From NCBI GenBank assembly GCA_034530615.2, contig JAVRCV020000062.1, forward strand, positions 1 through 64,000: a DNA stretch of 64,000 nt, in the 5' to 3' direction. This DNA comes from Aulosira sp. ZfuVER01. Its GTDB lineage: Bacteria > Cyanobacteriota > Cyanobacteriia > Cyanobacteriales > Nostocaceae. Below the pieces are notes generated by a model that made no database searches, was not told the origin of the DNA, and saw only the letters and a list, made by a program, of their open reading frames with translations. How positions within the stretch are numbered: position 1 is the stretch's first letter; each line of letters begins with the position of its first letter. The position numbers and the translations under genes were made by a program. Positions 11,685 to 21,810 of this stretch are shown piece by piece.

Positions 11685-12074
11685 TTAGGACTCATAACTT
11701 TGTGTAGCTGCTTGATGTAGAATCAAACGGTTGCCATCGGGGTCATAAGTATAGATTTCTCTACCGTGGGAAGCAATTGTAATATTTCCGGGTGGGGGAT
11801 ACCCCAAGGCTGTAAGGTGAGCGATCGCCGCTTCCAAGTTACTCACCTCTAAACATAAACTTATCTTACTTTTGGCTGTAGTTTCAAATTCAGTCTCGTG
11901 TGTGCTTTTGGGTTTAAAAATTCCTAACCGCAAACCAGAAAACTGAAACTCAGCATAAACCTTAGGTATCAAAGTTGTTGGATTTTGATCCAAAAGTTGT
12001 GTATAGAAACTCACTAAAGTTTCAAAATTCACAGTTGCTATAGTGACAAATGCATCTGTATATTGAAAAATCAT
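11685..12074 (-). CDS. VOC/glyoxalase family protein
   Basis: FYTQLL and C-terminal YDPDGNRLIL motif. Confidence 0.85.
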   Translation of the reverse strand: MIFQYTDAFVTIATVNFETLVSFYTQLLDQNPTTLIPKVYAEFQFSGLRLGIFKPKSTHETEFETTAKSKISLCLEVSNLEAAIAHLTALGYPPPGNITIASHGREIYTYDPDGNRLILHQAATQSYES

Positions 12075-12176
12075 ATTTTTTCATAACTAGTTTGCATAAA
12101 TAAATTACAGTTTGTAGTCAATAATTTGGCATTTATTCTGTAGTATAATTAATATACAATAGTCAGGTGAAAAACT

Positions 12177-12449
12177 GTGCAAGCCATACTTTTAAGCCGC
12201 GAAGAAGTTGCCAAACGTGCCAAAGAACTTTATGAAAATGGCATTCGTCAACAAGTAAAAACAGCAGAAAACATCGGTAAGATGGTGATTATTGATATAG
12301 AAACAGGTGAATATGGAGTTGACAAAACAGGTAGAGAATCAGCACATTTCTTACGCCAAAAGAATGCATTAGCCCGACTATATGGTATTCGCATTGGTTA
12401 TAAAGTTGCTGTTTCATTCTCTGGTTTTTTGGAGCCTGATGAGGAGTGA
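12177..12449 (+). CDS. Small hypothetical protein coupled to an aspartic protease
   Basis: 90 aa with IDIETGEY and IRIG motifs; GTGA overlap with the next gene. Confidence 0.7.
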   Translation: MQAILLSREEVAKRAKELYENGIRQQVKTAENIGKMVIIDIETGEYGVDKTGRESAHFLRQKNALARLYGIRIGYKVAVSFSGFLEPDEE

Positions 12450-12826
12450 TTTCTGCTATTGTCAAGAATGGATATGCAACTGTTAATTATGCAACTGTTA
12501 ATGTAGAATTTCGACTGCCAAACATTCCAGTTTTTACTATTGAATTTGTCATAGACACAGGTTTTACAGATTACCTTTGTTTACCACCGGAAGCAGTTGT
12601 CTTGTTAGATTTACCCTTTCTCTATGAACTACCTGCAAATCTAGCTAATAATAGTTGGGTCGATATCCCAGTACATGAGGCTGTTATTATCTGGAATAGC
12701 GAAGAACGGGTAGTTAATGTACTTGCGACAGGAAAGCGTCCTTTGCTTGGTACAGCTTTACTTGATGAGCATGAACTTGTAATACAGTTTACCGAGAACG
12801 GTTTAGTAACAATTGAGGAGTTGTAG
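12446..12826 (+). CDS. Clan AA (retropepsin-like) aspartic protease
   Basis: IDTGF catalytic motif and C-terminal PLLGTALL. Confidence 0.85.
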   Translation: MISAIVKNGYATVNYATVNVEFRLPNIPVFTIEFVIDTGFTDYLCLPPEAVVLLDLPFLYELPANLANNSWVDIPVHEAVIIWNSEERVVNVLATGKRPLLGTALLDEHELVIQFTENGLVTIEEL

Positions 12827-13026
12827 TTGGGTTCTGCGGCTGGATATATAAGAATCTGAGTTGATGATTGAAATAATCTAACTGTATTTCAAAAATAGAG
12901 TATCAATCCTATATAGCTATCCTAAATTTTTACTAAAAATTTAATAATTATCTAGAAAATCTTATATCTAGTTAGGAATTTTTAACTTGTAAAAGTTGAG
13001 TTTTTTAATAAACAGTTTTTGTTTAT

Positions 13027-13545
13027 ATGAGCATCGAACTTCGTTACAGACGCATTACACCTGAAGAGTTTGAAAGATTACATAATGATGTTCTCTATGC
13101 AAGCATTTATTTGGGTGGCGATCTAGAAACGGATGAAGAAATTTATGCCTATTTTGAAGCATTAAGAAATAGCGATCGCTATCTAGACCTTGATAAGCAC
13201 TAGCAGTCGCTTTATTTCCTGTTCACAGAAGATTTCCCATACAAAGAACACAAAACTAATCTTAGAACTTGGCTTCATCAGGTATTTATGGGAGGGACAG
13301 CAACATATTGGGAAGCAACTTATGGCATGGTAAGTTATTTTGCAGTCAGTGAAGTTCAAGAGATAGCTGAAGTGATAAATCATATCTGCTTTGATGGATT
13401 GTAACAGCGTTGCGATCGGCTATTTGACGGTCGTGAAAGCAGAGCTTATATGGAGCCACATTATCCCAATTTATATAATCAGTTATGCCAGTTTTTTACT
13501 AAAGCAGCACGAGAAGGCGATATGATACTTTTATCATTTGACTAA
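13027..13545 (+). pseudogene. YfbM/DUF1877-family pseudogene
   Basis: Frame from ATG 13027 reads MSIELRYRRITPEEF...YLDLDKH*QSLYFLF...LYNQLCQFFTKAAREGDMILLSFD*; in-frame stops at 13201 (TAG, at the conserved Trp of LDxDKxW) and 13402 (TAA). Confidence 0.75.
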
Positions 13546-13621
13546 GTTTTTATTGCAATTTATTAAGCTGCATGAAATTTTAGTTGAGTGATTGTATTGC
13601 TCATTATTGAGAGCAAACTGT

Positions 13622-14542
13622 ATGCAAAAATTTGGCTTTTCATGTTTAGCAATCTTCTTTACCCTGCTGCTGTGCTTATCCCTTAATGCTGCACAACCGC
13701 AACCCCAACCTCCCCTATGGCAGGTATATCAACAGTCGCTTAAAACAGCCAAATATGTTGACCTTACCCATACAATTACTCCTAATATCCCTGTATGGTC
13801 AGGATTTGGTAGTTCTAAGTTTGAACCAACAATTAATCCTAAAACTCTTCAACCATACAATTACAAAAAAGATGGCTTTGAAGCTACCCATTATGACTTA
13901 TCTACCGATCAGTTAGGTACTCAACTCGATCCACCTGCACATTGGAATCCTGATTATCCAACTATTGATGAGTTACCTGCAACTTTTGCTGTGCGTCCTT
14001 TGGTGGTGATTCCCATCCAAGACAAAGTAGCTCAAGACCCCAACTATCATCTCACAGTCAAGGACATCCAGGCTTGGGAACGCAAGCATGGTAGGATTCC
14101 TGAAGGATCGGTTGTGTTTGTGCGCTCTGACTGGTCTAAGGAATGGCCAAATCCAGAACTACCTACTAGAACTAAGTTTCCTGGCGTACGTCTTGATGCT
14201 CTCAAGTTTCTCCACTTACAACGCCATATCTTATTTCACGGACATGAACCCCTGGATACGGATAGTACGCCAACCTTTGAAGGAGAAGCCTGGTTGTTGC
14301 ATAACGGATATACTCAAGCTGAAGGTGTGGCGAATCTCGATCGAGTACCGGAAACAGGTGCGCTAGTAGCAATTGGATATCCCAAATTTAAAGGTGGTTT
14401 GGGTGGCTATGCTCGCTATATTGCTATCTGTCCCCCAAACTGGCCTTATGGTGTATCTGTGGGTCAAATACCAGAATCTCCTCTCCAAAAAGCAGATAAA
14501 TCACTTCACTGGGATAAACAGCTTGGTGTGCGAGTCAGATAA
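13622..14542 (+). CDS. Secreted cyclase-family (kynurenine formamidase-like) protein
   Basis: Signal peptide, VDLTH, QLGTQLDPPAH, EGVANLDRVP and GGYAR motifs; ATG at 13622. Confidence 0.85.
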   Translation: MQKFGFSCLAIFFTLLLCLSLNAAQPQPQPPLWQVYQQSLKTAKYVDLTHTITPNIPVWSGFGSSKFEPTINPKTLQPYNYKKDGFEATHYDLSTDQLGTQLDPPAHWNPDYPTIDELPATFAVRPLVVIPIQDKVAQDPNYHLTVKDIQAWERKHGRIPEGSVVFVRSDWSKEWPNPELPTRTKFPGVRLDALKFLHLQRHILFHGHEPLDTDSTPTFEGEAWLLHNGYTQAEGVANLDRVPETGALVAIGYPKFKGGLGGYARYIAICPPNWPYGVSVGQIPESPLQKADKSLHWDKQLGVRVR

Positions 14543-14543
14543 G

Positions 14544-14579
14544 AAAAAACCGACTGGCTGTATCGCTCCACCAGTCGGC
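14544..14579 (-). terminator. Intrinsic terminator oriented on the minus strand
   Basis: Minus strand reads GCCGACTGG-loop-CCAGTCGG-TTTTTT. Confidence 0.65.
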
Positions 14580-14885
14580 AACTAGCTTACTTTTCAGGAG
14601 TAGACAATAAAACGGAGAATGTTCTAGAACCTTGCCTTATAATTGCAAAAGTTAGGTAATGGTATTTGAATTACCAAATTGCTCCACCTAATCTTTAGCT
14701 TGTATCGGATTAGACAGGCTTTAGGTTCTTCTCAGCGTTTTTGCTTATAATTGGTAGATGCGATAGCCTTGATTATTAATGCTTGTAAGGGTTTTTGCGG
14801 AAAACCCAACTTGATTACAAGTATACCTTGACAGTCCAAATAATCAAGGTATTTGTTCCACTTTTTTAACTGGCTGAAAAATTCT

Positions 14886-15458
14886 ATGGCTTCTCACGAA
14901 AGTGATGTAAAAGATACTCCAGCGGCGTCAAAAATATGGCGTAGTTCGCAGGAAAATCTAATTTTAATTGCGATCGCACTATGTTTGGCATTTGCGATCC
15001 GGACTTTTATTGCCGAACCGCGCTACATTCCTTCTGATTCAATGTTACCCACCTTACATACAGGCGATCGCCTGGTTGTAGAAAAAATCTCTTACCGTTT
15101 TCACTCTCCCAAAACTGGGGATATTATTGTTTTTCAGCCACCAGAAGAACTCCAACGTCGGGGATATCCTCAAGACCAAGCTTTTATTAAGCGGGTAATT
15201 GGTGAACCCGGAGAAGTAGTCAGCGTTGCACGTGGGAAAGTTTACCTCAACGGTAAAGCTTTGCAAGAAGACTACATTGCCGAACCACCAAATAATCCTT
15301 ACCCGCCACAGACAGTTCCAGAAGGTGAGTTTTTTGTGATGGGAGACAATCGTAACGATAGTAACGATTCTCGCTACTGGGGTTTTTTGCCGAGAAAAAA
15401 TATCATTGGTCGAGCCACATTTCGCTTTTGGCCGCTCAACCGATTTGGATTTATTTAA
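14886..15458 (+). CDS. lepB: Signal peptidase I
   Basis: IPSDSMLPTL (catalytic Ser), FIKRVIG (Lys) and GDNRNDSNDSR boxes. Confidence 0.95.
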   Translation: MASHESDVKDTPAASKIWRSSQENLILIAIALCLAFAIRTFIAEPRYIPSDSMLPTLHTGDRLVVEKISYRFHSPKTGDIIVFQPPEELQRRGYPQDQAFIKRVIGEPGEVVSVARGKVYLNGKALQEDYIAEPPNNPYPPQTVPEGEFFVMGDNRNDSNDSRYWGFLPRKNIIGRATFRFWPLNRFGFI

Positions 15459-15502
15459 TTAGTCAGTAATCAGTTAACAGTTAACAGCTGATAACTGATT
15501 AC

Positions 15503-16054
15503 TCAAAATCTTAAATAATACATTAACTGAGCGATCGCATCTGCTGGGAGTGCCAAGCGCTGCTGAAAATCAACTAAGTTGCGGTAAGGGCCAGCCGATC
15601 GACGATTTTGCACGACTGCTTGCGCCAGAGAGATATCAATAAAAGGTATTTTGGCCAAATGTTCAACTGTCGCTACATTTGGATTAACTAAAGGTGCAGG
15701 ACATTCTAAAGATTCTTCGTCATAGTAAACAAAATTCAGCAGTGGCTTTACTGGCTGTAATCGCTGCACGGGAATAGTTAAAGCCGCAGCAATGTCTTCA
15801 ATACAATAGAATTTAACACCAGAACGTGAAAGTTCCACAAGCGATCGCGCTTGGTGAATTGACAATCCAGGTAAGCGTAACCAATCATCTACAGTTGCTT
15901 GATTAGCATCAATCTGAATACCTAGTTGTATCGCCAACTGAAGTTCTTCCCCAGATTGTAGTCTGTAGTACGGGTCGTTGAGCAGCTTGGCACGGAGTTT
16001 TTGCAACCTGGAATTTAAAGGTAGCCAGTTTTTCATAATTTTTGCTGGTGTCAA
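15503..16054 (-). CDS. ComEA-family helix-hairpin-helix DNA-binding protein
   Basis: IDANQAT..WLRLPGL and VNPNVAT..LAKIP HhH repeats. Confidence 0.8.
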   Translation of the reverse strand: MTPAKIMKNWLPLNSRLQKLRAKLLNDPYYRLQSGEELQLAIQLGIQIDANQATVDDWLRLPGLSIHQARSLVELSRSGVKFYCIEDIAAALTIPVQRLQPVKPLLNFVYYDEESLECPAPLVNPNVATVEHLAKIPFIDISLAQAVVQNRRSAGPYRNLVDFQQRLALPADAIAQLMYYLRF

Positions 16055-16425
16055 GAAATTTGGTCTAGCAGCTGGCGGCGCTTTTGCTCAAATTCGTACT
16101 CAGAAATTAGTCCATCTTGGCGCAACGCATCTAACTCACGCAAAGCTTCAGCGAGTGCGCCAACATGATTGCTAACTTGTTGCGAACTCTTGATTGCTGA
16201 CTTACCAAAATTAAAATTCCGATCGAAAGCTTCTTCGTCTTGAGCTAAGTACCAAACTCCCTCAATGGCGCTAGCTACCTTGGGAATGGGAGTCCAGGAA
16301 AGCAAAACATATAATACTCCCCAAACAGGCTGTCCCAAATAAAACTTATGTAATCCTGAAATTGTTAGCGTGCCCGAAAAAGCTAAAATAGCGGCAACGC
16401 TGCGGCTTTTGCGCTTAGTCAACAT
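16051..16425 (-). CDS. NINE/TM2-domain protein with C-terminal SHOCT domain
   Basis: KSRSVAAILA..GLHKFYLG TM2 motif; LRQDGLISEYEFEQKRRQLL SHOCT motif. Confidence 0.85.
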   Translation of the reverse strand: MLTKRKSRSVAAILAFSGTLTISGLHKFYLGQPVWGVLYVLLSWTPIPKVASAIEGVWYLAQDEEAFDRNFNFGKSAIKSSQQVSNHVGALAEALRELDALRQDGLISEYEFEQKRRQLLDQIS

Positions 16426-16783
16426 ATTCCCTAATCTACCACTACCATATTTCTTTCAATTAAATAGTCATAGTAGCAAAGCACCCAGACAAATGCAGCC
16501 ATAAGCGCTCTCCTACTTAACAGCCAATATATAAATCTATTGTATTGATTTCAGCTATAGGCGATCGCTTACTTATCCGTAGGGTATATTCAGATAAAAT
16601 CTTTTGAGAGAAAGTACTCACATCCACCGTGTTTCTTAGGTTATTTATTCCTCTTTTATGTATTATCCTATATTACAAAAATGTCAAAAAGTTATTTAAA
16701 ATATTAAGACACTTGATCCAGGATTTTAGGTCAATTAATCTTCAGCAAAAAAATGAAATTATAGATTTTTATTTGATTTTTGG

Positions 16784-17218
16784 CAGTCAACAGTACCAAT
16801 TCCCATTAATCCGCAAGTTAGAGCCTAGCCAGTGGAACTGAGATTAGATGAAATTAATAATGCTCAACCAGTTCTGAAAAAATACGCTCAACGTCATTAC
16901 CAACGAGCTATTCAGTACGCCAACCTAGCGAACTGGACAAGATCTGTAGAAGAACTGCGCGATGCTATCAAGCTAGAACCAAAAAATAGTGACTATCATG
17001 CATTACTCGGCGTTATACATTTCCAGTAGAATTTTCCGGGAATGGCAACAGTTTATATTCGTCAAGCTTTAAAACTCAATCCCCAGCATCCGCTAGCTTT
17101 GAAGTATGCTGCCAAGTTGAACATTAACCCTGGTGAAAATGCCAATCCGAGATCAATGGCAACATCTGTGAGCATAGCCGCTTTACTAAGTTTGTTTGTA
17201 GCGCGGCAACAGCCTTGA
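16784..17218 (+). pseudogene. TPR-domain pseudogene
   Basis: One frame reads ..VPIPINPQVRA*PVELRL..LRDAIKLEPKNSDYHALLGVIHFQ*NFPGMATVYIRQALKLNPQH..; TAG at 16826 and 17027, the second splitting a TPR repeat; 5' boundary approximate. Confidence 0.7.
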
Positions 17219-17356
17219 GTCAAGTGTTGAAATTTGGGTAAATAACCGTAATGAAACCGTAGCTTATTCCCTAGATTAGTACCCTACATTAGAATAAAAA
17301 TATAAGCAAAACCATAATTTACTGGGTGTTAGCTACTCAGTTGAATATTAAACAAA

Positions 17357-17680
17357 ATGGGATTCTTTGACTCTGAGATAGTTCAGCAAGAAGCAAAACA
17401 GCTATTTGACGATTATCAAGCACTAATCAAGCTTGGTAACAACTACGGCAAATTTGACCGCGAGGGCAAAAAGCTGTTTATTGAGCAAATGGAAGCCATG
17501 ATGGATCGCTATCGTATCTTTATGAAGCGCTTTGAGCTATCAGAAGATTTCATGGCACAAATGACTATGGAACAGATGAAAACTCAGCTAGGTCAATTTG
17601 GGGTTACTCCTCAACAAATGTTTGACCAAATGCATCTCACCCTACAGAGGATGAAAGCCGAGCTAGAAAAACAGCCCTGA
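17357..17680 (+). CDS. DUF1825-family conserved cyanobacterial protein
   Basis: MGFFDSEIVQQEAKQLF..YGKFDREGK signature. Confidence 0.85.
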   Translation: MGFFDSEIVQQEAKQLFDDYQALIKLGNNYGKFDREGKKLFIEQMEAMMDRYRIFMKRFELSEDFMAQMTMEQMKTQLGQFGVTPQQMFDQMHLTLQRMKAELEKQP

Positions 17681-17683
17681 TAA

Positions 17684-17790
17684 ATTTTAGATTGTACGGA
17701 AAGTCTGAGCGCCGTCAGCCGGTGAACAGAACTTTCCCAGACAGATAGATTTTGGATTGGCAATTAATCCAAAATCCAGAATCCAAAATT
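17684..17790. repeat. STRR inverted tract (TTTTGGA/AATCCAA) containing a small hairpin element
   Basis: gattttggatt..aatccaaaatccagaatccaaaat, with GGAAAGT..ACTTTCC hairpin at 17696-17740. Confidence 0.65.
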
Positions 17791-19711
17791 ATTGGGCTTT
17801 GGGGCGAGTGAACTGGGAGGGCGATTTAAAGCTCTCTGCTGGTACATCCTTTAGCGCTTTTTGCATAAAGTCGCGCCAGATGGGAGCTACCATTACACCG
17901 CCTGTAGCACCGCTAGCCAATTGTCTGTTGTCGTCTCTACCCACCCAAACAGCAGTTGTTAACTGGGGCACTGTACCCACGAACCAAATATCCTTTTCTG
18001 AAGATGTTGTGCCCGTCTTGCCCGCAGCAGGGCGACCTATAGCAGCATTTTTACCAGTACCATCAGTAATTACCGATTGCATAACATTGAGAATTGCTGC
18101 TGATGCCCAAGGATCGAGAACTAGTTGAGGTTTCGGTGTGTTATCTAGGAGAACGTTACCGCTACTATCGGTAACACGAGCAATTACCGTCGGTGGTGAC
18201 TGCCAACCATAGTTAGCAAAGGTAGCATAGGCACTAGCCATTTCTAAAGGTGTCACACCAATTGCGCCTAAAGGCAAAGAAGTCACCGGCTCCATCGGAC
18301 TCATAATCCCCAAGGTGCGGCAGGTTTCGATGACTTTATTCATCCCCACAGCCTTACCTACTTTAATTACAGGGATATTGCGCGACTGGGCTAGGGCAGT
18401 GCGAATTGACATCGATCCTGAAAAGCCACCATCATAGTTTTTTGGATAGTACCACCCATCACCATCTCGATAGCTCACTGGCGCATCTACGACCGTTGTA
18501 TCTGGTGCAAATTTTCCAGAAGCAAAGGCAGTGTAGTAAACAAAGGGTTTAAAAGAAGATCCTGGCTGACGCTGGGCTTGGGTTGCTCGGTTGAATTCAC
18601 TAGTTTTAGGATCTACGCCACCTACCAAAGCTTTGATAAAATGCGTCCGAGGGTCAATTGCCACCAGGGCCATTTGATTCTTGGATAAACCCTGTCCCTG
18701 AAGTGTTTCGTGCCACTTCACCACAGTTTGCTCTGCCATTTTTTGGAAGTCGGCATCCACTGTAGTTTGAACTCGCATACCACCTTTGAGCAGTGCGTCA
18801 CGTCCAAACTTCTTCGCTAATTCTTGGGCTACAGTATTGGTTACATAAGGTAAGGCACTACCTTGAAACGACCGAATTTTACCAAGCTTGATTTCCTGCT
18901 TGAGGGCATCATCGTACTCTTTCTGGCTGATCCAGTTCAAGTCCAGCATCCGCCCTAAAACTTCCTTTTGTTTCTGTTTTGCCAGCTTCATGCTCGCAAA
19001 AGGGCTAAATTCTTCTGGCGCTTGAATTAAACCGGCCATCATTGCCGATTCACCCAAGGTTAAAAATTCTGAGGACTTGTTAAAGTAACTGCGTGCTGCT
19101 GTTTGTACACCATAGTTGTTATGACCCCAATAAACTTGATTGAGGTACATTTCCAATATCTGGTCTTTGGAGAGAATTTGCTCTAAGCGAATTGCCAGCA
19201 CTGCTTCCGCTATCTTGCGGGTAAAGGCACGCTTTTGAGACAAAAATATGTTTTTTACCAACTGCATTGTGATGGTAGAGCCACCTTCTTTGACTCCACC
19301 AGCCACAAAGTTGACAACTACAGCACGTCCCACACCTGTAGGATTAATACCGTGGTGAGTGTAAAAATGACCATCTTCGCTTGCTAATACTGCCCGTTTG
19401 AGATTTGGGGAAATTTTATCTAGAGGTACAACTTCTCGGTTGGCTTCCCCATGAACGCTTGTTAAGAGTTTGCCTTTTAAGTCATAAATATAAGTAGTTT
19501 CTGAAGGAAAGAAGTTACGTAATTGCCTGACATCCGGCAAATTACGGAAACTAATAGCCAAACCCACCAATCCGCCCGCTACAATTGAACTTGTCAGCAT
19601 CGTGATTGATAACAGAGTTCCGCCAGCTACCTGACCTACTCCTTTCAAAAACTCAAAACCTGATGAAGCCTTATTTTGGGCTTCCTTGTCTTCAAAAGTC
19701 CTAGACGACAC
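17789..19711 (-). CDS. Class A penicillin-binding protein (PBP1A)
   Basis: Transglycosylase EDxxF and GGSTITMQLVKN; transpeptidase SSFK, SRN and KTGT motifs. Confidence 0.95.
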   Translation of the reverse strand: MSSRTFEDKEAQNKASSGFEFLKGVGQVAGGTLLSITMLTSSIVAGGLVGLAISFRNLPDVRQLRNFFPSETTYIYDLKGKLLTSVHGEANREVVPLDKISPNLKRAVLASEDGHFYTHHGINPTGVGRAVVVNFVAGGVKEGGSTITMQLVKNIFLSQKRAFTRKIAEAVLAIRLEQILSKDQILEMYLNQVYWGHNNYGVQTAARSYFNKSSEFLTLGESAMMAGLIQAPEEFSPFASMKLAKQKQKEVLGRMLDLNWISQKEYDDALKQEIKLGKIRSFQGSALPYVTNTVAQELAKKFGRDALLKGGMRVQTTVDADFQKMAEQTVVKWHETLQGQGLSKNQMALVAIDPRTHFIKALVGGVDPKTSEFNRATQAQRQPGSSFKPFVYYTAFASGKFAPDTTVVDAPVSYRDGDGWYYPKNYDGGFSGSMSIRTALAQSRNIPVIKVGKAVGMNKVIETCRTLGIMSPMEPVTSLPLGAIGVTPLEMASAYATFANYGWQSPPTVIARVTDSSGNVLLDNTPKPQLVLDPWASAAILNVMQSVITDGTGKNAAIGRPAAGKTGTTSSEKDIWFVGTVPQLTTAVWVGRDDNRQLASGATGGVMVAPIWRDFMQKALKDVPAESFKSPSQFTRPKAQ

Positions 19712-19884
19712 GGCGATTTCACTTCCTCACTTGTAAATATAAATGTAATTGATTTGGCGAAGCAAGGCGGTTGATTTTTTGCAATTATAGTAGTTTGGCA
19801 GATAAGAGAACGGACAAATTGCCAGTGAATACAACCAACCTAACTTCTTCAGCCCAAAGCTTAATTAATAGCGAATCTCCTAGT

Positions 19885-21081
19885 ATGGCGCAAGATTTTG
19901 CTTGGTTGCGTCGGGGGATTGTGGAAATTTTCCCACAACCAACTGATGCTGACAGCGAAAGTGAAAGCTTAGAAAAGCGCTTGGCAACTACAAGCAGACC
20001 TTTAAGGGTCAAATTGGGCATCGATCCAACGGGTGCTGATATTCATCTTGGTCATAGCATACCGGTAAGAAAACTGCGAGCTTTTCAAGATGCAGGTCAT
20101 ACAGCAGTTCTAATAATTGGGGATTTTACGGCTCGCATTGGCGATCCGACTGGTAAATCTGAGGTGCGTCGCCAACTGACAGAAGCAGAGGTAGCGCAAA
20201 ATGCCCAGACTTATCTCGATCAAGTACGTCCTATATTGGATTTTGACACACCTGGAAGATTAGAGGTACGGTACAACTCAGAATGGCTCTCCCGGCTAGA
20301 TTTAGGGAAAATTTTAGAGTTACTCTCTACGATGACGGTGGGGCAGATGTTGGCCAAGGAAGGTTTTGCAGAACGTTATAAAAAAGAGAATCCTATTTTC
20401 CTCCAAGAGTTCCTTTATCCGTTGATGCAGGGCTATGATTCGGTTGCTGTTGAGGCAGATGTGGAGTTAGGCGGGACTGACCAGAAATTTAACATTGCTG
20501 TGGGGCGAGATTTACAACGTCATTTTGGACAGAAACCCCAGTTTGGATTACTGCTGCCGATTTTGATTGGTACAGATGGCGTGCAAAAAATGTCCAAGTC
20601 CCTAAATAATTATGTGGGCTTATTAGAACACCCATCTGATAAATATCAAAAGTTGCAGGGCGTTCCAGATCGCTTGCTAGAACAGTATTTTGAGCTACTG
20701 ACAGATTTAGCTTTGGAGAAACTGCCCCAAAATCCACGCGATCGCCAATTACTTCTAGCATGGGAAGTTGTTAAACAATATCACGGCGAAGCAGCGGCAA
20801 ATAAGGCTAAAGAAGCAGCCGATAGTGGTGGGAAAGCAGGTGCAGTCCCCGAATTTTCTCTAGCTGGCATATCCCAGTTTCCCGTCAAGTTAGCTTATTT
20901 GCTCAATGCCAGTGGCTTGTGTAAAAGTAGCGGCGAAGGTAAGCGGAAAATTCAAGAGGGTGGGGTGTACCTAGATGGCGATCGCATTACTAATGTTGAT
21001 ACTACTTTTGAGCAAGCCAGTGAGTTATCTGGGAGAGTGCTGCAAGTGGGAAAAAACAAGTTTATGCGCTTAGTACCTTAA
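19885..21081 (+). CDS. tyrS: Tyrosine--tRNA ligase
   Basis: [26 protein letters not shown] and C-terminal S4 domain; start could also be GTG 19825. Confidence 0.97.
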   Translation: MAQDFAWLRRGIVEIFPQPTDADSESESLEKRLATTSRPLRVKLGIDPTGADIHLGHSIPVRKLRAFQDAGHTAVLIIGDFTARIGDPTGKSEVRRQLTEAEVAQNAQTYLDQVRPILDFDTPGRLEVRYNSEWLSRLDLGKILELLSTMTVGQMLAKEGFAERYKKENPIFLQEFLYPLMQGYDSVAVEADVELGGTDQKFNIAVGRDLQRHFGQKPQFGLLLPILIGTDGVQKMSKSLNNYVGLLEHPSDKYQKLQGVPDRLLEQYFELLTDLALEKLPQNPRDRQLLLAWEVVKQYHGEAAANKAKEAADSGGKAGAVPEFSLAGISQFPVKLAYLLNASGLCKSSGEGKRKIQEGGVYLDGDRITNVDTTFEQASELSGRVLQVGKNKFMRLVP

Positions 21082-21084
21082 TGT

Positions 21085-21810
21085 ATGAAAGAAACCGCCG
21101 ATAAACAAGTTATTGTACCTTTGGATGTGTCAGATTTGCAGAGTGCGATCGCTCTTGTGGATCGGCTTCCCCAAGTTGATTTCTGGAAAGTTGGTTTGGA
21201 GTTGTTTACCAGCACTGGGCCGACTATTCTCGAACTGCTAAAATCCCGGCAAAAGCGCATTTTCCTGGATTTAAAGTTTCACGATATCCCTAACACTGTG
21301 GCTGGCGCTTGTCAGGCTGCGGCTCGTTATGGGGTAGATTTGCTGACAATTCATGCTACTGCTGGTAAAGATGCCTTAAAAGCTGCAACTGAGGCGGTAC
21401 AAACAGGCGCTACACAAGCAGGTGTTCAACCACCAAAGTTAATTGCTATTACCCTGTTAACGAGCATTTCTGCCAGACAGTTAGCGTTTGATTTAAAAAT
21501 TCCCCTAGAATTGCCAGAATATGCCCTAGAAATGGCATTATTGGCACAGGAAACCGGGTTGGATGGGGCTGTTTGTTCGCCCCAAGAAGTGGCACAGCTG
21601 CGGCAAACTTGCGGGAATGATTTTCTGTTAGTTTGTCCGGGAGTTCGTCCAACTTGGGCAGACAAAGCAGATCAAAAGCGATCGCTCACCCCAGCACAAG
21701 CAATCAAAGCAGGTGCAGATTACCTAGTAATTGGGCGTCCCATTACCACTGCTGCTGACCCTGAGTTAGCTTGGAAGAGAATTTCTGAGGAGTTGACTAC
21801 AGTGGCATGA
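21085..21810 (+). CDS. pyrF: Orotidine-5'-phosphate decarboxylase
   Basis: [17 protein letters not shown] and VIGRPIT motifs. Confidence 0.97.
   Translation: MKETADKQVIVPLDVSDLQSAIALVDRLPQVDFWKVGLELFTSTGPTILELLKSRQKRIFLDLKFHDIPNTVAGACQAAARYGVDLLTIHATAGKDALKAATEAVQTGATQAGVQPPKLIAITLLTSISARQLAFDLKIPLELPEYALEMALLAQETGLDGAVCSPQEVAQLRQTCGNDFLLVCPGVRPTWADKADQKRSLTPAQAIKAGADYLVIGRPITTAADPELAWKRISEELTTVA

Noticed and set aside
16629..16841. 70-aa AT-rich ORF
   Set aside because: Low-complexity promoter-like DNA overlapping the TPR pseudogene in another frame
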